NCBI GenBank assembly: GCA_963696285.1
Contig: CAVOJP010000004.1
Coordinates: 305,578-369,577 of the forward strand
Direction: 5' to 3'
Origin: an uncultured Acidobacteriaceae bacterium
GTDB taxonomy: Bacteria > Acidobacteriota > Terriglobia > Terriglobales > Acidobacteriaceae
Length of the DNA: 64,000 bases
The notes beneath the pieces were generated by a model that was given only the letters and a program-made list of their open reading frames with translations, had not been told where the DNA came from and made no database searches. Shown here in pieces: positions 57,576 to 64,000 of the stretch. Every line of letters starts with the position of its first letter. The first letter of the stretch is position 1. The translations under genes were made by a program, and so were the position numbers.

Positions 57576-57741
57576 TTGCGGTCACCCCGTTTCATGGCCA
57601 AGTACGCGCACCGCAAGTCATTCTTCGCGCACAATTGACTGACCACGCCCCATCGTTGAGCAAATTCTACCAGAGAGCCCTCCCGTTTGTGCAGGAAGGA
57701 TCTCGACCACCTTTGTGGCCAGGGCTCATCGCAGCGGATCT

Positions 57742-57776
57742 GATACCAAAGTATCGGCGATACCATCGTCCAATTG
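57742..57776 (+). promoter_or_regulatory. GTCCAATTG-box motif, site e (best copy; upstream of cytochrome P460 gene 1)
   Basis: gataccaaagtatcggcgataccatcgtccaattg. Contains the perfect palindrome GTATCGGCGATAC. 269 nt from the ATG at 58045. Confidence 0.55.
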
Positions 57777-58044
57777 TTCGCCCAGCAAACTTCTGATCTG
57801 ATCCGTCTATGTCTTATTACCCGACACCATTTACCGGACACAATCCAGCGTCCTCGACCGCCGCGGCGCAAAACGTTATCAACTCACTCGCCGCACAGAA
57901 AGCCGCTTAGGCTCCGATTTCGATCGCTGCCGGCTCGTCTGGGGCGTCCGTTGCGCCAGCCAGGATTAAACAGGTATCGTCCCGGCCGTTAGGTTCGCTA
58001 TAGATACACGTGACAAATAAGCATCTCGGAACGGGGTACATCGT

Positions 58045-58566
58045 ATGAAAGGATTTGCTTACCTGTTGGTTGCAGTTGTGGCGCTCAACGGCGTGGTCGT
58101 TTACATGGCTCATGCCTCCAGACGCTCCGATGGAGAGGCTGATCCGGTTTTCGGAATCACAATTCCTCCTGGATACCGCGACTGGAAGCTGATCTCTGTG
58201 GCCCACGAAGCAGGCAATCTCAACGATCTTCGCGCCCTTCTCGGCAACGATGTAGCGATCAAGGCATACCGCGAGGGGAAGCTGCCGTTCCCGGACGGCA
58301 CAATCATCGCACGCCTGGCCTGGAGTTATGTTCCGTCCGAGGAAAACAACAAAGTCTTCGGCCGTTCCCAATCTTTCGTAGCCGGACCCGCCACGAACGT
58401 TCAGTTTATGGTCAAGGACTCGATGAAATATGCCGCAACCGGAGGCTGGGGGTTTGCTCAATTCAAAGATGGCAAACCTGCCGACGCGGCGCTGCTGAAA
58501 ACTTGCTTTCCCTGCCACGAGCCTGTCAAAGATCGCGACTTCGTTTTCACCCAGTACGCGCCCTGA
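58045..58566 (+). CDS. cytochrome P460 family protein
   Basis: Signal/TM N-terminus. C-terminal CFPCH heme motif followed by DFVFTQY. 173 aa. Confidence 0.85.
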   Translation: MKGFAYLLVAVVALNGVVVYMAHASRRSDGEADPVFGITIPPGYRDWKLISVAHEAGNLNDLRALLGNDVAIKAYREGKLPFPDGTIIARLAWSYVPSEENNKVFGRSQSFVAGPATNVQFMVKDSMKYAATGGWGFAQFKDGKPADAALLKTCFPCHEPVKDRDFVFTQYAP

Positions 58567-58581
58567 TTACGGGGAGGTCCC

Positions 58582-58917
58582 ATGGATAAGGAAGAAACGG
58601 TTCGCAATTCAACTTGTGAAGAGCAGATCAGTATGGCGGAGCACGAGCTATCGGCCTTCATCCGTGCGGTGACGGAGTTGTTCGATACAGAGCAGGCCAG
58701 GCTTTCGGCAGAGGACTGGCTCGACGAGTTGGAGTTAATGGATAGCCCGCACGGAGCCACGAGGACAGAGTGGCGAGCGGTCACAATAGCAGCCACGGCT
58801 CGATTGGCAAATCGGGCTACTCCAGCCCGGGGTCATCGAGCGCTCACGAAATTGACTGACACGAAAGTTTCACCAATACCATGGTCCAATTGTTTCGTAT
58901 CCGCGCTTCTGCTCTGA
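58582..58917 (+). CDS. hypothetical small acidic protein between the two P460 genes
   Basis: 111-aa ORF (or from MAEHEL at 58633). No family recognised. Its 3' end contains motif site f. Confidence 0.45.
   Translation: MDKEETVRNSTCEEQISMAEHELSAFIRAVTELFDTEQARLSAEDWLDELELMDSPHGATRTEWRAVTIAATARLANRATPARGHRALTKLTDTKVSPIPWSNCFVSALLL
58867..58892 (+). promoter_or_regulatory. GTCCAATTG-box motif, site f (upstream of cytochrome P460 gene 2)
   Basis: gtttcaccaataccatggtccaattg. 159 nt from the ATG at 59051. Confidence 0.5.
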
Positions 58918-59050
58918 TGTGTGGTTGCGGATGATGACCGGTCTACGCGCAAACCGCTCAAGGGGGCCACGCCGATGAAGAGGCATCGACGTCGGCTCTA
59001 GAACAAAAACTGATTTCGTTTACCCAGGCACATTGAATGGAGGAACCGTG

Positions 59051-59569
59051 ATGAGACGCTTCACATTCTTTTTGATTGCAGTTGCAACAACGGCTGGCCT
59101 TGCCGCGCTCCTTGGCGCCACCTCCGGTCACGCGGACGAGCAATCCGCCCCCTACGTTACCGACATCCCGCAAGGGTATCGCGACTGGCAGTGGGTCTCC
59201 TCGGCGCATGAAGCTGGCAAGCTCAACAGTCTAGGTGCCGTCCTGGGCAACGATGTAGCGATCAAGGCCTTCCGGGCAGGGACGCTTCCGTTCCCGGACG
59301 GCGCGATCATTGCTGCTTTGCATTACCGTAACGTGCCGTCGGAGGAAAACAACAAAGTCTTTGGCCAGGCTCAATCTTTCGTTCCCGGCGCCCCAACGAA
59401 CATTCAGTTTATGGTCAAGGATTCGAGCAAGTACGCCGCAACCGGTGGCTGGGGGTTCGGTCATTTCGCGAACGGCAAACCTGGCGATGCGGCATTTATG
59501 AAAAGCTGCTTCCCCTGCCACGAGAAGACCAAAGCGACGGACCTTGTCTTTACTCATTACGCCCCTTGA
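59051..59569 (+). CDS. cytochrome P460 family protein (paralogue)
   Basis: MRRFTFFLIAVATTAGLAALLG signal. CFPCH then DLVFTHY. Long identical stretches with 58045-58566 (LGNDVAIKA, LPFPDG, VPSEENNKVFG, KYAATGGWGF). Confidence 0.85.
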   Translation: MRRFTFFLIAVATTAGLAALLGATSGHADEQSAPYVTDIPQGYRDWQWVSSAHEAGKLNSLGAVLGNDVAIKAFRAGTLPFPDGAIIAALHYRNVPSEENNKVFGQAQSFVPGAPTNIQFMVKDSSKYAATGGWGFGHFANGKPGDAAFMKSCFPCHEKTKATDLVFTHYAP

Positions 59570-59638
59570 AAATCGCTGGCTTCGCTTCCGATTGGTTGCA
59601 GGACTTTTCGAAAAAGAGAACAATCCTTGCTGTCTGGT

Positions 59639-59664
59639 GTATCGAGTGTCCTGCCGTCCGCTCG
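59639..59664 (+). promoter_or_regulatory. possible weak GTCCAATTG-box-like site upstream of DUF4331
   Basis: gtatcgagtgtcctgccgtccgctcg keeps GTATCG-N10-CGTCC spacing but loses CAATTG. 83 nt from the ATG at 59747. Confidence 0.2.
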
Positions 59665-59746
59665 CGATGCCAGTCGAGGCCGAAGTGATCTCGAAGTGCT
59701 GAATATGCAAAGAATCTGAATGTCCAAAGAATAAGGAGAAGACAAT

Positions 59747-60745
59747 ATGTCGCACCATTACTCAGGTCCGGACTTTGGTTTTCCTCACGGGGACGCCCGC
59801 CTCGATTTTACTGACTTGTACGCTTTCCCGAAGCCCGGGGATGCAAGCAAGTCGATCCTGATTATGAACGTGCATCCTTCGGCCGGCGTGAATCCGCCGG
59901 GGCCTACGACGGATGAACCCTTCGCCACCGAGGCCATCTATGAACTCAGGATTGATACCAACGGCGATGCCGTCGCCGATATCGCATATCGAGTCCGTTT
60001 CACCTCAGATAAAAGCGGGGTACAGACTGCGACGCTCCGCCGCCTTGAAGGCGCACAGGCCGCTGGGACGGGCGATGAAGGACAGGTCATCGTGCAGGGG
60101 GTGCCGGTCTCGACGGGGTCGGAGACACGGGTGGCCGACGCCGGAGACTACCGCTTCTTCGCTGGCTGGCGCAGCGATCCTTTTTTCTTCGACGTGCAGG
60201 GCGCATTGAACAACCTGCAATTTACCGGTGACGATTATTTCGCCGACAAAGACGTGTGCAGCATTGTGCTGGAAGTGCCCAACTCTGCCCTCGGTTCTAA
60301 AAAATTGGGCCTGTGGGCTCGTACACTGGACGGCGCGAGCGGCAAATGGGTGCAGGCGGATCGCGGTGCGCGGTCGAATCAAACTCCGTTCCTGGCTGGC
60401 GAGCAGAACGCCGCCTATCTGGCTGCGGAGCCGGCGGACGATGCCCGTTTCGTCCCCGTCTTCGCACACGCGCTGGAGCACGCCGGCGGATATACAACGG
60501 CGGAAGCAACGCGGGTCGCCGGGACCCTGCTGCCAGACGTCCTTCACTATGATCCCACGCGGCCGGCATCCTACCCGGAAAATGGGCGGGCACTCACCGA
60601 CGACGTCGTAGATTTCTTTCTTCCTCTCCTTACCAATGGAAAGGTGACGCAAGATAAGGTAGGGCCGCACAAGGACCTGCTCACATCATTCCCTTACGTC
60701 AGCGCGCCGCATAAGGACCGCTCTGCACAACGAGCAGCCGCCTGA
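59747..60745 (+). CDS. DUF4331-family protein
   Basis: MSHHYSGPDFGFPHGDARLDFTDLYAFP N-terminus is typical of DUF4331. AAGGAG precedes the ATG. Confidence 0.7.
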   Translation: MSHHYSGPDFGFPHGDARLDFTDLYAFPKPGDASKSILIMNVHPSAGVNPPGPTTDEPFATEAIYELRIDTNGDAVADIAYRVRFTSDKSGVQTATLRRLEGAQAAGTGDEGQVIVQGVPVSTGSETRVADAGDYRFFAGWRSDPFFFDVQGALNNLQFTGDDYFADKDVCSIVLEVPNSALGSKKLGLWARTLDGASGKWVQADRGARSNQTPFLAGEQNAAYLAAEPADDARFVPVFAHALEHAGGYTTAEATRVAGTLLPDVLHYDPTRPASYPENGRALTDDVVDFFLPLLTNGKVTQDKVGPHKDLLTSFPYVSAPHKDRSAQRAAA

Positions 60746-60765
60746 GCCAACGAAAGGAACATCCC

Positions 60766-61656
60766 ATGAAATATCCGACTTTTTATCGCACAATCCAGAT
60801 TGACGGCCTCTCGATTTTCTATCGAGAGGCCGGCCCCGCAGACGCGCCGACCATTCTCCTGCTCCACGGACTGCCCTCTTCATCGCGAATGTTCGAGCCG
60901 TTATTCACCCGTCTTTCCGATCGCTATCACCTGGTCGCGCCCGATTATCCAGGCTTCGGCCACAGCGACTGGCCGGACCCGAAAACATTCGCGTACACCT
61001 TCGATCACATCGCCGAGATCATGAATCATTTCACCGAGTCGCTGGGGCTCTCGCACTACACCCTCTACATGCAGGATTACGGTGGCCCCGTCGGCTTTCG
61101 CATGATCCTGGCTCACCCGGAGCGCGTGGAGGCCCTCATCGTTCAAGACGCGGTCGCACACAACACCGGTCTCGGCGAGAACTGGAAAACACGGCGCGCC
61201 TTTTGGGCCGATCGCGCGCCGAACGAAAGCGCGCTGCGCACAAATCTCCTGTCGCTTGCAACCACGAAGGCCCGCCACGCGGGGAACGATCCCAACGTAG
61301 AGCGCCATGACCCCGATCTCTGGACCGACGAATTTTATTTTCTAAATCAACCCGGCCAGGCTGACATTCAAAGTGACCTCTTCTACGACTACCGCACCAA
61401 CGTCGATTCCTATCCGAAATGGCAAGCATGGATGCGCGAGAACCAGCCGCGTCTGCTGGTGATCTGGGGTAAGTATGAGTCTTCGTTCGACCCCTCCGAG
61501 CCCGAGTCTTATCGCCGCGATGTCCCCCAAGCCGAAGTCCACATCGTCGATGGCGGCCACTTCGCCTTGGACACCGCCGCAGACGAAATCGCCGCACTCG
61601 TCCAAGGATTCGTCGGTTCTTCACGCCAGGGCTTCCCGGCGCGGCGAGCAGGATGA
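60766..61656 (+). CDS. alpha/beta hydrolase with Asp nucleophile (epoxide hydrolase / haloalkane dehalogenase-like)
   Basis: HGLPSSS oxyanion region. Nucleophile elbow MQDYGGPVG. C-terminal GGHFAL His. Confidence 0.8.
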   Translation: MKYPTFYRTIQIDGLSIFYREAGPADAPTILLLHGLPSSSRMFEPLFTRLSDRYHLVAPDYPGFGHSDWPDPKTFAYTFDHIAEIMNHFTESLGLSHYTLYMQDYGGPVGFRMILAHPERVEALIVQDAVAHNTGLGENWKTRRAFWADRAPNESALRTNLLSLATTKARHAGNDPNVERHDPDLWTDEFYFLNQPGQADIQSDLFYDYRTNVDSYPKWQAWMRENQPRLLVIWGKYESSFDPSEPESYRRDVPQAEVHIVDGGHFALDTAADEIAALVQGFVGSSRQGFPARRAG

Positions 61657-61734
61657 AGCCGCTCTTGAGAGGGACGGTAGAGGGACGGTGCCCCGCGCTG
61701 ATTGGATTCGAACCTTTATACCGAAAGGTTGTTT

Positions 61735-62445
61735 ATGTCTGGCAAGAGAACAGCAATCATCACCGGAGCATCGGGAGGTATTGGCTCCGGTTTAGTCGAA
61801 GGGTTTCTGGGAGAAGGTTATAACGTCGTTGCGACGTCTCGTCACGCCAGTCGGGAGTTGACCGCTTCGGGCACCCTGGTTCTCGTCGATGGCGATATCG
61901 GCAAGCAGCAAACCGCTAACCAGGCTGTCGAAGCAGCCATCAACAACTTCGGAAGCATCGATGTTCTGGTGAACAACGCTGGCATCTTCTTAAACAAGCC
62001 ATTCACTGATTTCACTACCGAAGACTTCGACGCCCTTGTCTCCACCAATCTGCTTGGATTTTTTTACATCACGCAGCGCACTGTGAAAGAAATGCTGAAA
62101 CAGAAATCGGGTTGCGTTGTGAGCATCACGGCGGCGCTGGCCGATCGGCCAATCGCCGGCGAAAATGGCTCGGTCTCGATGATCACGAAGGGTGGGTTGA
62201 ATTCGGCCACCCAGAATCTTGCAATCGAATATGCCAAAGACGGCATCCGCTTTAATGCGGTAGCCCCCGGCGAAGTGGATACACCCATGCATGGCAATGA
62301 TCCCAAAGACTCGACATCACAGCCGATTATCAAAAGGGCGACGGTAAAGGACGTTGTCGATGCCGTTCTTTACCTGGTACAGGCGAGTCATGTGAACGGA
62401 GAGATTCTCCACGTCGATGGTGCCGCTCCCGCTCGTCGTTGGTAA
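61735..62445 (+). CDS. SDR family oxidoreductase (atypical active site)
   Basis: TGASGGIGSG and NNAG motifs. The expected YxxxK reads SMITK. Confidence 0.8.
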   Translation: MSGKRTAIITGASGGIGSGLVEGFLGEGYNVVATSRHASRELTASGTLVLVDGDIGKQQTANQAVEAAINNFGSIDVLVNNAGIFLNKPFTDFTTEDFDALVSTNLLGFFYITQRTVKEMLKQKSGCVVSITAALADRPIAGENGSVSMITKGGLNSATQNLAIEYAKDGIRFNAVAPGEVDTPMHGNDPKDSTSQPIIKRATVKDVVDAVLYLVQASHVNGEILHVDGAAPARRW

Positions 62446-62686
62446 AAAATAGGTAAAAGAATAAAAGGATGCTAACCGGACGCTGAGCTCGCATGCAGAA
62501 ACTCAGGAAGCGCGGCTCGTACAAAAAGAAAACCGGGATGTCTTAAGAGTTAGACGACGGCCCAACCAAATCGTTCAGGTTGGCGGCTGGATTTTCACCT
62601 GCATTCACTCCCGGCACTCGACATTGTACGAAATTAAAATTCAGGCTGAGGCACTACTATTTAGGAGAAACGGAAGGAGCCCAATC

Positions 62687-63292
62687 ATGCGTTCTGATAT
62701 TGTGCCCGGAGGCATTTTCCCCAACTACGAACTGCCCGATCACGAGGGCAAGCTGCGCAAGCTCAGCGAACTGCAGGGCGATGATCCGCTGATCCTCACG
62801 CTCGCCCGCGGCCACTACTGCCCAAAGGAGCACCAACAGCATTTGGAGCTCGCCGCGTTCTATCCCAAGATTGCGGTCGCGTACACCCAGATCGCCACGA
62901 TCGCCACCGACGATCACCATACTCTGCAGGAATTCCGTGCGTCAGTCGGAGCCCAGTGGCCTTTCCTTTCGGACCCTGGCCGAACGATTCAGAAGGATCT
63001 CGACATCGCGGAATATACCGACCCCGAGAATAATCCGATGATCCCGCATACGCTCGTGCTCAAGCCGGGCCTCGTGATTTACAGCATCTATAACGGCTAC
63101 TGGTTCTGGGGGCGTCCATCGGTCATCGATCTTTGGCACGACCTGCGCATTGTGACCAGTGAAATCCGCCCAGACTGGGATCTGAGTACTCCTGGACTCC
63201 GCGAGGCATGGAATGCGGGTGACTTCTCGCGCTTCCATGGCTGGAATAAGCAGGCCAGCGGAGAAGCAGGCCCGATTGCACGGAAGAAATAG
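62687..63292 (+). CDS. redoxin / AhpC-TSA-like thioredoxin-fold protein
   Basis: ATG 62687 preceded by [29 protein letters not shown]...ARGHYCPKE is peroxiredoxin-like, with a single Cys. Confidence 0.7.
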   Translation: MRSDIVPGGIFPNYELPDHEGKLRKLSELQGDDPLILTLARGHYCPKEHQQHLELAAFYPKIAVAYTQIATIATDDHHTLQEFRASVGAQWPFLSDPGRTIQKDLDIAEYTDPENNPMIPHTLVLKPGLVIYSIYNGYWFWGRPSVIDLWHDLRIVTSEIRPDWDLSTPGLREAWNAGDFSRFHGWNKQASGEAGPIARKK

Positions 63293-63390
63293 TTCATCCA
63301 CTAAAGAAAAGCAGCACCCTGAAGGCCGTCAGTAATATCAAAGAATATGAAGAGACTCTTGAGAGTGAGAAGCGCGAATACAAAAGGAGT

Positions 63391-64000
63391 ATGCATATGG
63401 CAGCACAGGTCCAACCACTGACGAAGCCGCCGAGGACCAGACAGGCAGCGTGGCGCGCACTGGCGTCACATTACAAAACAATTTCAAAGCTGCATCTGCG
63501 GCAGCTTTTTGCGGATGATCCGAAGCGCGGGGAGCGTTTGGTGGTCGAGGCTGTTGGTCTTTACCTGGATTACTCCAAGAACCGCATCACCGATGAAACC
63601 CTGCGACTCCTTCTGGAACTGGCGGAAGAGTCTGGCCTGCGAGCACGCATCGATGCCATGTTCCGCGGCGAGAAAATCAACGTCACCGAGAAGCGCGCAG
63701 TCTTGCACGTTGCTCTGCGCGCGCCGCGAGACGAATCCATTGTGGTTGACGGAAAGAACGTGGTGCCTGAAGTCCATGCCGTGCTCGACCGGATGGCGGA
63801 CTTTTCCAACCGCGTGAGAAGTGGTGATTGGAAGGGATACACCGGCAAGCGCATCCGCAATGTGATTAACGTCGGCATCGGCGGCTCTGACCTCGGTCCG
63901 GTCATGGCCTACGAGGCGCTCAAGCACTACAGCGATCGAGCCATGACTTTCCGTTTTGTCTCCAACGTTGATGGCACCGATTTTGCCGAAGCGGTCCGTG
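63391..64000 (+). CDS. pgi: glucose-6-phosphate isomerase, 5' part (runs off the window; absent from the ORF track)
   Basis: My translation: M(HM)[10 protein letters not shown]...[15 protein letters not shown]...[12 protein letters not shown]...[14 protein letters not shown]...FVSNVDG. AAAGGAG precedes the ATG at 63391; an ATG at 63397 is also possible. Confidence 0.9.
   Translation, partial: MHMAAQVQPLTKPPRTRQAAWRALASHYKTISKLHLRQLFADDPKRGERLVVEAVGLYLDYSKNRITDETLRLLLELAEESGLRARIDAMFRGEKINVTEKRAVLHVALRAPRDESIVVDGKNVVPEVHAVLDRMADFSNRVRSGDWKGYTGKRIRNVINVGIGGSDLGPVMAYEALKHYSDRAMTFRFVSNVDGTDFAEAVR

Noticed and set aside
57576-57700. caattgactgaccacgcc (about 57634) as another GTCCAATTG-box copy serving the FixJ-type RR gene.
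   Set aside because: Only the CAATTG hexamer matches. The rest of the motif is not recognisable.
61700-61716. ggattcgaacc, the reverse complement of a tRNA T-arm consensus.
   Set aside because: The flanking bases (attgg / ccttt) cannot form the T stem, and no acceptor or anticodon stems are present. It lies just upstream of the SDR gene start.
41000-63300. The accessory region as a mobile genomic island or prophage.
   Set aside because: I saw no integrase, transposase, tRNA attachment site, terminal repeats or phage genes. The turnover looks like local duplication and decay.
1-64000. CRISPR arrays, rRNA or tRNA genes.
   Set aside because: I noticed no regularly spaced 25-40-bp repeats and no tRNA-like cloverleaf in any intergenic region I read. 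This was a visual scan only; tRNAscan-SE, Infernal and a CRISPR finder should confirm it.

Overview
64-kb chromosomal window from a moderately high-GC bacterium. The gene content (several PilZ proteins, an HTH-TM-TPR protein, a quinoprotein without the vicinal Cys pair, tandem cytochrome P460 genes) suggests Acidobacteriota, but that is only an inference.

Positions 1-41 kb are mostly core genes. They include the tig-clpP-clpX-lon block, engB, a long-form dCTP deaminase, a UDG and a broken murB. Interspersed are four PilZ-domain genes, two paralogous GAF-TM-periplasmic-module proteins (one is an AMIN/Amidase_3 cell-wall amidase), a VapBC pair, and a Sec/Tat-exported cupin / SelA-like PLP enzyme / triple-RidA operon. 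A divergent secreted-protein / PQQ-dehydrogenase operon, an aminotransferase, a cytochrome b + molybdoenzyme pair and a FAD protein follow.

Positions 41-63 kb look accessory. They carry small stress and detoxification genes (SnoaL, DoxX, VOC x2, DJ-1, MBL, MDR reductase, DUF1269, DUF6582, cytochrome P460 x2, DUF4331, alpha/beta hydrolase, SDR, redoxin). They also carry a FixJ-RR / MEDS / PAS-GAF histidine kinase / single-domain RR cluster, a second TA pair, and several decayed genes (P460 remnant, DJ-1 frameshift, vapC disruption, VOC fragment).

The most interesting signal is a recurrent roughly 26-35-bp motif (core CCRATACYWWSGTCCAATWG; the best copies contain the palindrome GTATCGGCGATAC). 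It sits in a fixed orientation upstream of at least nine transcription units in this region.

A partial pgi runs off the 3' end and is missing from the ORF track. I saw no rRNA, tRNA, CRISPR array, transposase or integrase.
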